Below are positions 9,847 to 19,007 of a stretch of 64,000 bases of DNA, one piece after another. The stretch's first letter is position 1; each line of letters begins with the position of its first letter. The stretch covers positions 1 to 64,000 of the forward strand of contig JAADGS010000031.1 in the NCBI GenBank assembly GCA_013152275.1. Reading direction: 5' to 3'. A program made the position numbers and the translations under genes. Source of the stretch: Actinomycetota bacterium (GTDB taxonomy: Bacteria > Actinomycetota > Acidimicrobiia > Spongiisociales > UBA4744). The notes beneath the pieces are model-generated. The model searched no databases and was not told the DNA's origin. It saw only the letters and a list, made by a program, of their open reading frames with translations.

Positions 9847-11298
9847 ATGGGGCGGACGCTGTGTGTGTGGTTTCCCGACTGGTCACTTCGACGGCCGGAT
9901 GTGCCGTCGGAGAGGTCATGTGTGGTCATCGACGATGGCAGCCGGGTCGTCGCCGCCAACGATGTGGCGATGCAAAAGGGGGTCGAGGTCGGGATGCGCC
10001 GATCGGAAGCCGAGGTGCTCTGTCCCGGTGGAGTGACGCTGGAGCAAGATCCCGGTGCCGAGGCCGCGATCTTCGAACCGGTCGTTGCGGCCATCGAAGC
10101 GCTCGTGCCTCGGGTCGAAATCGCCGAACCTGGGCTGGCGTTCGTGTCCATCGACGGTGCGGTGCGGTACTACGGCGGGGAGGAGGCGGTGCTGGCCGAG
10201 ATCGTTGCAGCTGTCGAACCGGTCGCCCCAGGCGGACGGTTCGGCCTTGCCGGCGGGCCATTCGCAGCACGATGGGCCGCAGCGACTACACCCGGAAGGA
10301 TCGTGACCGACGACACGGCGTTTCTCGCAGGCCTCGATGTGGGGACGCTCAAGATGGACGATCTCGTTGCAACGTTCCGCCGGCTGGGCGTCGGAACGCT
10401 CGGTGATCTGGCTCGTCTGCCGAGGGCGGCCGTTCTCTCGAGGTTCGGGAATATCGGGACGGCGGCACACCGGCTCGCCGCCGGCGAGGACCGGGCACCC
10501 GTCCCGCGGGAGATTCCACAGGATCTCGCTGTCGAAATGCGGTTCGAAGAACCACTTCTGCTGGTCGAACAGGTCGGGTTTGCCGCCCGCACGCTTGCAC
10601 ATCGACTCATGGGTGTGCTCGCTGCTCGCGGGGTTGCCCCGCATCGGATAGAGATCTCGGTCGCCGCCGCAGACGGTACCGAACGGCACCGGGTGTGGCG
10701 GAGCAGGGATCCGTTCGATGCGTCGGCGCTGACCGAACGGACATGGTGGCAATTACGTGCATGGATCGAAGCTGCGGGTATTCCCGGAGGAGTCGTTCGG
10801 ATGCGCATCACGCCGACAGACCTGTCTGGGGAAGGGCGGGCATTGACCCTCTTCGAGAACATCGCCGCCCGGATCGAAGCAGAACGCGCCATCGCTCGCG
10901 TCCAGGCGCTCGTCGGGCCCGATGCGGTCCTTCAGGCGACACCTCGGGGAGGGAGATCTCTTTCTCAACGGGTTCTCTGGCGACGATGGGGGGAGAATCG
11001 GTCTCGTGCACCTCGAGACGAGGCACCTTGGAGAGGAGCGACTCCCGCACCGTCCCCCGCGTTGGTCGTTCCCGATCCGCGGCCGGTCGAGATCGAATGG
11101 GATGCCGGAATGCCTGTGCGTGTGCGGCTGCGGAGCCGGTGGGAGAACGTGCTGTCGTGGGCCGGACCATGGCGCGTGACGGGACGATGGTGGGCCGGCG
11201 AGGCCGCTGTGAATCGCTACCAGGTGGTCACGTCCGCAGGCGCTCTGCTCTGTGATGTCCGCGAAGGGAAGAGTTACGTGGCCGGGCTATACGACTGA
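9847..11298 (+). CDS. imuB: ImuB, catalytically inactive Y-family polymerase homologue
   Basis: CVWFPDW and EPGLAF replace the catalytic Asp motifs; RYYGGEE, RRLGVGTLGDLARLP, C-terminal WAGPW..RWW...GLYD; GGAGG RBS. Confidence 0.9.
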   Translation: MGRTLCVWFPDWSLRRPDVPSERSCVVIDDGSRVVAANDVAMQKGVEVGMRRSEAEVLCPGGVTLEQDPGAEAAIFEPVVAAIEALVPRVEIAEPGLAFVSIDGAVRYYGGEEAVLAEIVAAVEPVAPGGRFGLAGGPFAARWAAATTPGRIVTDDTAFLAGLDVGTLKMDDLVATFRRLGVGTLGDLARLPRAAVLSRFGNIGTAAHRLAAGEDRAPVPREIPQDLAVEMRFEEPLLLVEQVGFAARTLAHRLMGVLAARGVAPHRIEISVAAADGTERHRVWRSRDPFDASALTERTWWQLRAWIEAAGIPGGVVRMRITPTDLSGEGRALTLFENIAARIEAERAIARVQALVGPDAVLQATPRGGRSLSQRVLWRRWGENRSRAPRDEAPWRGATPAPSPALVVPDPRPVEIEWDAGMPVRVRLRSRWENVLSWAGPWRVTGRWWAGEAAVNRYQVVTSAGALLCDVREGKSYVAGLYD

Positions 11299-11305
11299 GG
11301 TTGCC

Positions 11306-11354
11306 CGGTTCGTGAGCCGTATCTCGTATTGCGCACTTCGTATCTCGTGGCGCG
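11306..11354. repeat. Degenerate 7-nt tandem repeat (7 units ending in CG)
   Basis: cggttcg tgagccg tatctcg tattgcg cacttcg tatctcg tggcgcg, between convergent stop codons. Confidence 0.5.
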
Positions 11355-11355
11355 A

Positions 11356-12075
11356 TCAGCTTTCGGCCATGCGCTGCAGCGATGCTGCGATCCAGGCTCG
11401 TACCCGATCCCTGAGATCGTTCACGTCGGCGAGGGTGAGGCCGGTCGTCTCGATCGGTTCGCCGATCTCCAGTTTGACCGGGCCCGGATGCATCATCTTT
11501 GCTCCTGGCGGCCAGATGGCATTGGTTCCCTCGATGGCAACCGGCACGATCGGCAGCCCCGTTTGGATAGCGATGACGAAGGGTCCCTTCTTGAACGGTC
11601 CCAGCTCGCCGGTCTTGCTGCGAGTGCCCTCTCCATAGATGATGATCGACCTGCCGCGCGCCACCGCTTTGTCCACTTGCTTGTTGATGTAGGCCATCGA
11701 CGGCTGGTCCCGGTCGACTTTGATCATCCCGAACGCCTTGATCGCGATGCCGAACACGGGCACCGAGTACAGCTCCTTCTTGGAAAGGAAACGGAGGGGT
11801 ACAGGGAGGGTGAGGAAGTGAATCACCGGATCGAGGTTCGACTGGTGATTGCCGACGACGATGTATGAGCCCGACGGGTCAACCCGATCCACACCTTCAA
11901 CCTCAGGCCGAACGTTAAGCCCGACGAGCCAAAGGTGCGACCAAAAGGTGGCGAAACGTTCCATCCATGGGCTTGCCGGGTTGATCCAGCCGATGATGAT
12001 GAATGCCGGAGTGACGATCAAGGTTCCGAGAACGATCAGAAGGTACGTGATGCCGGTTCGGATGACGTCGATCAT
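11356..12075 (-). CDS. 1-acyl-sn-glycerol-3-phosphate acyltransferase (PlsC family)
   Basis: NHQSNLD, YGEGTRS, FKKGPF. Confidence 0.92.
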   Translation of the reverse strand: MIDVIRTGITYLLIVLGTLIVTPAFIIIGWINPASPWMERFATFWSHLWLVGLNVRPEVEGVDRVDPSGSYIVVGNHQSNLDPVIHFLTLPVPLRFLSKKELYSVPVFGIAIKAFGMIKVDRDQPSMAYINKQVDKAVARGRSIIIYGEGTRSKTGELGPFKKGPFVIAIQTGLPIVPVAIEGTNAIWPPGAKMMHPGPVKLEIGEPIETTGLTLADVNDLRDRVRAWIAASLQRMAES

Positions 12076-12806
12076 GGGAGCGCCCGGGAGAGATCGTCGA
12101 GGGTGTCCTGGATGACGGCTTTCGTCTCGTCTCTCAGGCGGCTGACATCATCGTCGGTGAGCCCGGCAGTGGAGATGGGAGCTCCGATGGACACGATGAT
12201 CGGTCCCCCATCTATCCTCTTTCGATTCGGAACCCAGGTCTTGTCTGCCCCGTAGATGGTCGTCGGGAGGATGGGAAGGCCGGTATGGATGGCGATGGCG
12301 AAGGCGCCCCGTTTGAACGGCAGCAGGTTGCCGTCTCTGGTCCGGGTTCCCTCCGGATAGACGATGATCGACTTGCCGAGCTCTGCGACTCGCAGTGCGC
12401 CTTCCTCCACCTCCCGGTAGGAACTGCGCGCCCTCCGGTCCACCGGCACCATCGACATCGCCTTCAAGGCCCATCCCAGCAGTGGAGCGGAGAAGAGCTC
12501 CTTCTTCGCGAGGAAACGGATGGGTACGGGGATGGCGATGAAGTGCGCCATGATGTCGAACGTGGATTGGTGGTTGGACACGACGACGTATGACCTGTCC
12601 GGATCGACATTCTCGGTCCCCCGAATGTCGAGGTGCACCCCGGATGGCCACAGGCATGCCTTGGCCCAGGCGAGTGCGATCTTGTCGATCCAGGGGGACT
12701 CGGGGCGGATCAACCCGACGATCGTCACGACGATCGAAGCCACTGCCGTGACGAGCAGTCCGTTTGCCACCGTCAGCACCGTGCGGATCGGAGATGACAG
12801 CCTCAT
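12072..12806 (-). CDS. Second PlsC-family acyltransferase
   Basis: NHQSTFD, YPEGTRT, FKRGAF; 4-nt overlap with the downstream paralogue. Confidence 0.92.
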   Translation of the reverse strand: MRLSSPIRTVLTVANGLLVTAVASIVVTIVGLIRPESPWIDKIALAWAKACLWPSGVHLDIRGTENVDPDRSYVVVSNHQSTFDIMAHFIAIPVPIRFLAKKELFSAPLLGWALKAMSMVPVDRRARSSYREVEEGALRVAELGKSIIVYPEGTRTRDGNLLPFKRGAFAIAIHTGLPILPTTIYGADKTWVPNRKRIDGGPIIVSIGAPISTAGLTDDDVSRLRDETKAVIQDTLDDLSRALP

Positions 12807-12997
12807 GGGTCGGCAGCGTAGTCGAAGAGCGCAGGCGGGAGACAGGATGTTGCCCAGGGTCATCCTCCTGGCGTTCCTCGGCCTCGCGCGTGTGCCCGAT
12901 CGTGTGCCTCGAGGTGGACGCGGGAAGCCGGCGCCTGGGCCGGTCGTCGGCAATCGACGTGGTGCCCCCTTGCCGGGAACGCTCTGATGAGCGGCTC

Positions 12998-13732
12998 TCA
13001 CCGTCGGAGGTAGTCGAGAGCCTCGGTGATCGTGGGGAGGGCCGCTTCGGCGAACAGGGCATGGCCTCTCTCGCTTGCATGAAACAGATCGGGGGACCAC
13101 AGGGTGAGGTCCGTGCGGAACGCTTCGGCGAAGTCCCACAACGGTACCTTGAAGACGTTGGGCCGACTCTCTGCAACGCGGGCATGCACCCGGTCGGCGG
13201 CACGCCCTCTGACACGGGCCGGCCACCTGAGGAGGAGCGGAAGGCGGGGAATACTCCCCATGTCTCCAACGCCGGAGAGTACGATCGCTCCGGCCGAAGA
13301 GGCGAGGGTATCCACGATGCAGGCCAGTCGGCGATGGAACGTCGCGACGGGAACACCGAAGAGCATGTCATTGCCCCCGACCGACACGATCGCGAGGTCG
13401 TAACGGCGTTCGATCGCCTTCGGGACTTGATCGGCCAGCACGTCTCGCGTCTTCGAACCGCCGATCGCGAAGCTGTCCAGCGTCACATGGAAGCGTTGTC
13501 CGAGGTCGCGTCCGATTCGCTGGATCCAGATGTCTCGTGGGTGTTCGAGGCCCGGTCCGGTGCAACTCGAGTCGCCGAGGACGACGATGGACAACTCGGC
13601 GAGGCCGGCATCGCCAAAAACCCCTGATGCGTCGCTTCCTTGGAAGCTCGGCAAGTTGTGCCACTTGGTGTACACCGCTCCCATCGACCACGCCAGCGTG
13701 ATCAAGCCGGCGGTCCGCAGCGTCCTCCTCAT
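12998..13732 (-). CDS. SGNH/GDSL hydrolase
   Basis: LGDSS, VGGND, DLFHAS; hydrophobic N-terminus. Confidence 0.88.
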   Translation of the reverse strand: MRRTLRTAGLITLAWSMGAVYTKWHNLPSFQGSDASGVFGDAGLAELSIVVLGDSSCTGPGLEHPRDIWIQRIGRDLGQRFHVTLDSFAIGGSKTRDVLADQVPKAIERRYDLAIVSVGGNDMLFGVPVATFHRRLACIVDTLASSAGAIVLSGVGDMGSIPRLPLLLRWPARVRGRAADRVHARVAESRPNVFKVPLWDFAEAFRTDLTLWSPDLFHASERGHALFAEAALPTITEALDYLRR

Positions 13733-13764
13733 CGGTGGGAAGCTACCAGATGGAGGAGGGACGG

Positions 13765-14328
13765 TTATCGGCGATAGGTGCCGATCAGTTCGGTCTGATC
13801 GATGACATGGCCATCGAATGCCGCCTCGACATCGGCCTTGCTCGCGGACGGCGTCAGAGCCAGCGTCGTGTCGAGAGCGAAGAGCTTGAAGAAGTAGCGG
13901 TGCGTTCCGATCGGTGGACAGGGTCCCCCGTAGTCGTTTCGGCCCCATGAGTTCTTGCCCTGAACCGCGCCGGCCGGGACGGAGCCCTCGCCGATCTCGG
14001 TCGTCGTCGGGTCGATGTTCCAGACGACCCAGTGGTCCCAGACCATCTTGGGTGCCTTCGGGTCTGGGGCATCGGGATCGTCGACGAACAGGACGAGGCT
14101 CATGGTGCCCGAGGGGACGTCGCTGATCCGCAGCGGTGGGTTCACGTCGAATCCGTCGCACGTGTAGCGGGACGGTATGAGTGTGTTGTGGGCGAATGCA
14201 GGGCTGGAGAGGCGCATGGTTCCTCCTTGCTTTGTCGCGGTGGTGGGGTCTGTGGAAATCGGACCTGTGTCCGGGGCGCATGCGGCGGCGAGCAGCGTGA
14301 TCCCAAGGATGATGCTCGCTATTCGCAT
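13765..14328 (-). CDS. YbhB/YbcL (PEBP/RKIP-like) protein with lipoprotein signal
   Basis: LAAAC lipobox; DDPDAP, WDHWVVWNI, YGGPCPP..HRY. Confidence 0.9.
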   Translation of the reverse strand: MRIASIILGITLLAAACAPDTGPISTDPTTATKQGGTMRLSSPAFAHNTLIPSRYTCDGFDVNPPLRISDVPSGTMSLVLFVDDPDAPDPKAPKMVWDHWVVWNIDPTTTEIGEGSVPAGAVQGKNSWGRNDYGGPCPPIGTHRYFFKLFALDTTLALTPSASKADVEAAFDGHVIDQTELIGTYRR

Positions 14329-14491
14329 GCGCCTCCCTTCATGATCAACCTACCGATCTTGCGGGTCAATGTGGGCGTTGTCGAGTCTATTGCCTTCCCC
14401 GGTGAGGGCTTTGCCGGGTGTTGGAGGGGATGTCCTTTCCGAGGATGGAGAGAGGTCTTGGTGTGCGCCTCGTCACCTCTCGCCCCGCGGA

Positions 14492-14513
14492 CCGAACATA
14501 CGTTCGATAGTAT
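14492..14513 (+). promoter_or_regulatory. LexA SOS box plus adjacent -10 element of dnaE2
   Basis: CCGAACATACGTTCGA (14492-14507) followed directly by TAGTAT. Confidence 0.85.
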
Positions 14514-14537
14514 GAGGTGGTCCGACAGAAACGAACC

Positions 14538-17500
14538 ATGACCTACGCAGAGCTGCACTGCCACACCAACTTCTCGTTCCTCGACGGTGCCTCCCCTCCC
14601 GAGGAACTCGTGGAGCGGGCTGCGACGCTCGGGTACCGGGCGCTGGCGGTCACCGATCACAACGGGTTCTACGGGGCGGTGCGGTTCTCGCGGGCTGCTC
14701 GCAGCGCCGGCCTGTCCACGGTGTACGGAGTGGAGGTCGGACTTGTCCGTGGCGAGCCCGACCCGGGAGCTTCGCACGCACGGACGCAGGACGGGGACAT
14801 CGCGAGCGGCATCCCCGGCCTACAGGACGGCCCGATGGTTGATGGTCGAAACTTCAGGTCTCGCAGGCGGGGTCGGACCAGGCGGAGACACGGCACCAAG
14901 CCCATGGATACCCCGCAGACCGACCATCTCGTACTCCTTGCGCCATCGGCGGACGGGTACGCGGCGTTGAGCCGATTCGTGACCCGAGCCCAGTTCCGCG
15001 GCGAGAAGGACCGTGCCGTCTACACCTGGCGGGATCTCGAAGAAGCGGCACAAGCAGGAGGTCTGTATGCGCTGACAGGCTGTCATCACGGCGCGGTGCC
15101 CAGGGCGGCCCAGGCCGGAGATCTGGTGGGAGCGTTGCGCGAGGCGGCTCGTCTGCGGGAGATCTTCGGACGTAGATTGCACATCGAGCTGTGGCATCAC
15201 GCGATGCCGGAGGACGATCCCCGCAACGATCTGCTGTGGGACGTCGCCCGACGGCTGCGACTGCCGGTGGTCGCCACCAACAACGTCCACTATGCAGACC
15301 GCAGCGACGCAGATCTCGCCGATGTGCTGGCCGCCATCGGGGGACGGCGAAGCCTCGACGATGCGGACGGGTACCGCTCCGCCGTCGACGAGCGGTACCT
15401 GAAGGACCCTTCCGAGATGGTCGGGCGTTTCGCCAGGTATCGAGGAGCGGTGGAACGCGCCGGCGAGCTCGGAGACGTCCTCTCCTTCGACCTGCGACTC
15501 GTTGCCCCGAAGCTTCCCGATTTTCCGATGCCGGGCCATTTCCGCTCCGAGATGGAGTACCTGCGGTATCTCACCTTCGAAGGGGCCCACAGCGTATATC
15601 CGGGCTCCGATGACGGTATCGAACCGCGGGCACGAGAACGACTCGAACATGAACTCGACGTGATCGGACGCCTCGGGTTCCCCGGCTACTTCCTCGTCGT
15701 ATGGGACATCGTCGACTTCGCTCGTTCCCAGGACATCTACTGCCAGATTCGCGGATCGGGCGCCGACTCTGCGGTGTGTCGTTGTATCGGCCTCACCAGG
15801 GTCGACCCGATTCGACTGCACCTGCCGTTCGAACGGTTCCTCTCCGACGAGCGAGGACGGCCTCCGGACATCGACCTCGATCTCGAGGCCGAGCGCCGGG
15901 AGGAGGTCATCCAGTATTGCTACCGTCGATATGGGCGTGAGCGTGCGGCGATGGTCGCCAACGTCATCACCTACCGTGCCCGCTCGGTGCTGCGTGATGT
16001 CGGCAAAGCCTTCGGACTGACCCAGGCTCAGGTGGATGGCCTGTCCAAATACGTCGATACCCGCAATCCGGCGAAACTGCGGCTGGAGGCGCCGTTGCCG
16101 GCGGGAATGACCGCCGAGTTCATCTACGACGTGTGCCGGCGACTCGACGGATTCCCCCGACATCTCGGCATCCATTCGGGTGGAATGGTGATCGCCGACC
16201 GTCCCCTGTGGCAGGTCGTCCCCATGGAGTGGGGCCGGATGCAGGACCGGTCCGTATTGCAGTGGGACAAGGACGACTGCGCAGCGATCGGGATCGTCAA
16301 GTTCGATCTCCTCGCTCTCGGCATGCTCAATGCCCTCCACCTCACCGTCGACACGATCGCGGATACGCACGGCGTCACCATCGACCTGGCCACGATCCCG
16401 CAGGAACCGGCCATCTACGAGATGCTTACGACCGCGGACACGGTCGGGGTCTTCCAGGTGGAGTCCCGGGCGCAGATGGCGACCCTTCCGAAGATGAAAC
16501 CGAAGACGTTCTACGACCTCGCAGTGGAGGTCGCGCTGATCCGGCCCGGACCGATCCAGGGCCAGTCCGTGCATCCGTACCTGCAGCGCCGCAACGGTGA
16601 AGAGCCGGTCCGGTACCCACATCCGCTGACCGAGTCGGTTCTCGCCAAGACCCTCGGGGTCCCGATCTTCCAGGAGCAGTTGATGGAACTCGCCCGGGTC
16701 TGTGCCGGTTTCGACGGCAGCCAGTCCGACCGGTTGCGATCGGCGATGACCCACAAACGCTCCGATGAGGCGATGGAGAGGCTGCGCACCGAGGTTTTCG
16801 CCGGAATGGCGCGAAACGGGATCACCGGGCGTGCGGCGGACGAGATCTGGGAGAAACTCCAGGGGTTCGCCAGCTTCGGGTTCCCCGAGAGTCATTCGGT
16901 GAGTTTCGCCTACATCGTGTACATGTCCGCCTGGCTGAAGTATCACTGGCCGACCGAGTTCCTCGCCGGTTTGTTGAACGCCTACCCGATGGGGTTCTAC
17001 AGCCCCAATACGCTGGTGCAGGATGCCCAGCGCCACGGTGTCGTGGTCTTGGAACCGGATGTGAACCGTTCCTTTCACGACTGCACCGTCGAGCCGTATG
17101 ACACCGATCCGGACGAGGTGGTGACGTACTACGACAAGTCGTGGCGACGGGGAAGGGGAGCGACCGACGATCCCGTCCGTGCGGCGGTGGCGCTGCGCAT
17201 GGGGCTGCGGTACGTACGGAACCTGGGAGAGAAGGAGATCGGACGGATCGAAGCTGCACGACTGATCGGTGGCGAGTTCCGGGACACACGGGATTTGGCG
17301 CAGCGCACCGGTCTGCCGATCGACGCGTTGGAGGGATTGGCGGCCGCGGGTGCGCTCGGATCGCTCGGCGTGTCCCGGCGGGAAGGGTTGTGGGCGGCCG
17401 GGGCGCTCGCGGAGATCGATCCGGGGCGGCTGGCACTCGCCCCCGGCGTCGACGCGCCCGCGTTGGTGGGGATGAACGACGCCGAGCGACACCGGGCAGA

Positions 17501-17882
17501 CCTGTGGGCGACGGGTGTGTCGCCGCGCCATCCCGTCGAGTTCGTGAGAGAACGGCTCGACGAGCAGGGATGCGTCCGTATCGCAGACGTGTTGGGGCGC
17601 CGCCGCAACGGATGGCGAGCTCGAGTCGGTGGGATCGTGACGCACCGACAGCGCCCCGGTACGGCAAACGGGGTGGTGTTCTTCAATATCGAGGACGAGA
17701 CGGGGTTGCTCAATGTCGTCGTGCTTCCCGAGGTGTGGCAGACCAATAGGGAGACGGCCAGACGTCATGTGGGGTTGGTGGTCGATGGAGTGGTCGAGTA
17801 TCGAGACGGAGTCACCAACCTGGTGGCGCGCGGGTTCACCTCGTGGCCGGTCGAAGGGGTCCGGTCCAGGGATTTCCGGTGA
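14538..17882 (+). CDS. dnaE2: Error-prone DNA polymerase DnaE2 (ImuC)
   Basis: YAELHCHTNFSFLDGAS PHP start, PPDIDLD catalytic motif, FGFPESH, C-terminal SRDFR signature of DnaE2. Confidence 0.96.
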   Translation: MTYAELHCHTNFSFLDGASPPEELVERAATLGYRALAVTDHNGFYGAVRFSRAARSAGLSTVYGVEVGLVRGEPDPGASHARTQDGDIASGIPGLQDGPMVDGRNFRSRRRGRTRRRHGTKPMDTPQTDHLVLLAPSADGYAALSRFVTRAQFRGEKDRAVYTWRDLEEAAQAGGLYALTGCHHGAVPRAAQAGDLVGALREAARLREIFGRRLHIELWHHAMPEDDPRNDLLWDVARRLRLPVVATNNVHYADRSDADLADVLAAIGGRRSLDDADGYRSAVDERYLKDPSEMVGRFARYRGAVERAGELGDVLSFDLRLVAPKLPDFPMPGHFRSEMEYLRYLTFEGAHSVYPGSDDGIEPRARERLEHELDVIGRLGFPGYFLVVWDIVDFARSQDIYCQIRGSGADSAVCRCIGLTRVDPIRLHLPFERFLSDERGRPPDIDLDLEAERREEVIQYCYRRYGRERAAMVANVITYRARSVLRDVGKAFGLTQAQVDGLSKYVDTRNPAKLRLEAPLPAGMTAEFIYDVCRRLDGFPRHLGIHSGGMVIADRPLWQVVPMEWGRMQDRSVLQWDKDDCAAIGIVKFDLLALGMLNALHLTVDTIADTHGVTIDLATIPQEPAIYEMLTTADTVGVFQVESRAQMATLPKMKPKTFYDLAVEVALIRPGPIQGQSVHPYLQRRNGEEPVRYPHPLTESVLAKTLGVPIFQEQLMELARVCAGFDGSQSDRLRSAMTHKRSDEAMERLRTEVFAGMARNGITGRAADEIWEKLQGFASFGFPESHSVSFAYIVYMSAWLKYHWPTEFLAGLLNAYPMGFYSPNTLVQDAQRHGVVVLEPDVNRSFHDCTVEPYDTDPDEVVTYYDKSWRRGRGATDDPVRAAVALRMGLRYVRNLGEKEIGRIEAARLIGGEFRDTRDLAQRTGLPIDALEGLAAAGALGSLGVSRREGLWAAGALAEIDPGRLALAPGVDAPALVGMNDAERHRADLWATGVSPRHPVEFVRERLDEQGCVRIADVLGRRRNGWRARVGGIVTHRQRPGTANGVVFFNIEDETGLLNVVVLPEVWQTNRETARRHVGLVVDGVVEYRDGVTNLVARGFTSWPVEGVRSRDFR

Positions 17883-17935
17883 AGACCTGTCAACGCCGGC
17901 AGCACCTGTTCCTGCCGGCATCGACGAGACCGGCT

Positions 17936-18877
17936 TCAGTCGATGGCCGCATAGATCTCCCGCCGATCGATCGTGCCCGGGAACGGCCCGATCGTGGCGA
18001 GTTTTCGTGCAGCGATCTCGCAGGCGAATCGGACGCTGCGCTCCAGATCATGGCCGTCGAGCATCGCGACGAGAAAACCACCCCAGAACGAATCACCCGC
18101 CCCGGTCGCGTCCCTCACTCTCACCGGTCGTGCGGGAACATGGAATCTCCGGTGCCCATCCGAGGCGAGCGTGCCGTCCGGTCCCATCGTCAGCACCACC
18201 GTGTCTGCACCCATGTCGTGGAACCGGTCTACGTAGAGGCCTGGCTCGACGTCATCGTTGAAGAGGCGGTGGCAGTCGTCGAGGGAAGGCTTTGTGAAGG
18301 TCGTGCGGGTGAGGAGGCCCTTGATCACGTTCAGCGCCTCGGTTCGCTGTGGCCAGATGATCGGGCTGTAGTTGGGGTCGAGTGAGGTCAGCTTTCCGTG
18401 TCGGGTGGCCAAGGCGAACGCGCGTTGCACGGCGACGCGCTCAGGCTGGCGTGAGAGGGCAAATGCGGACGAATGCACGATCCGGGATCGGCGGATTGCA
18501 TCGGCGGGAACGTCGCCGGGACCGAGCTGAGCGTCACCGGCACGCAGCGCCTCGAAGTCCGGTGTGCCGGACGTGCGCGCAACGAACACCACCGTCGTGT
18601 GGACACGGTGATCCATCAGGAGGTAGTCCGTGTCGACCCCGGACGCTCTCAGTTCGGATTTGATGAATGCACCGAACGCTCCGATGCCCACCTTGGCTAC
18701 GACCGCGGCCTTGCCACCCAGTTTCGCGACGTTGACGGCGACGTTGGCGGGGGAGCCGCCCTGGTGCCGGCGGAACAACTCGACCTCCCGCAGGTGCTCG
18801 GCAGGTGTTTCCGAGATGAAATCGACGAGGGCTTCTCCCACGGTGAGGAGATCCAGGTCACCGTTCGCGATGATCAC
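17936..18877 (-). CDS. PfkB-family carbohydrate kinase (fructokinase-like)
   Basis: GEALVD, GGSPANVA, DPNY, DATGAGDSF. Confidence 0.9.
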   Translation of the reverse strand: MIIANGDLDLLTVGEALVDFISETPAEHLREVELFRRHQGGSPANVAVNVAKLGGKAAVVAKVGIGAFGAFIKSELRASGVDTDYLLMDHRVHTTVVFVARTSGTPDFEALRAGDAQLGPGDVPADAIRRSRIVHSSAFALSRQPERVAVQRAFALATRHGKLTSLDPNYSPIIWPQRTEALNVIKGLLTRTTFTKPSLDDCHRLFNDDVEPGLYVDRFHDMGADTVVLTMGPDGTLASDGHRRFHVPARPVRVRDATGAGDSFWGGFLVAMLDGHDLERSVRFACEIAARKLATIGPFPGTIDRREIYAAID

Positions 18878-18909
18878 ACGGCCAGGGTAGCGGGCGATGC
18901 ACGGCCGAT

Positions 18910-18972
18910 AACCGTTGAACCCAGGGCTCGTAGGGGTCGTGGCGACCCCCCTGAGCCCTGGGTTCAACGGTT
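18910..18972. repeat. Long intergenic inverted repeat (20-bp perfect arms plus inner stem)
   Basis: AACCGTTGAACCCAGGGCTC ... GAGCCCTGGGTTCAACGGTT enclosing GGGGTCG-tgg-CGACCCC. Confidence 0.85.
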
Positions 18973-19007
18973 TGGGTGCGCCGGCCCTTTCGCGTGTCGG
19001 TGATCGG

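Noticed and set aside
14820..17921. 1033-aa minus-strand ORF
   Set aside because: Antisense shadow of dnaE2 caused by high-GC codon bias; no motifs
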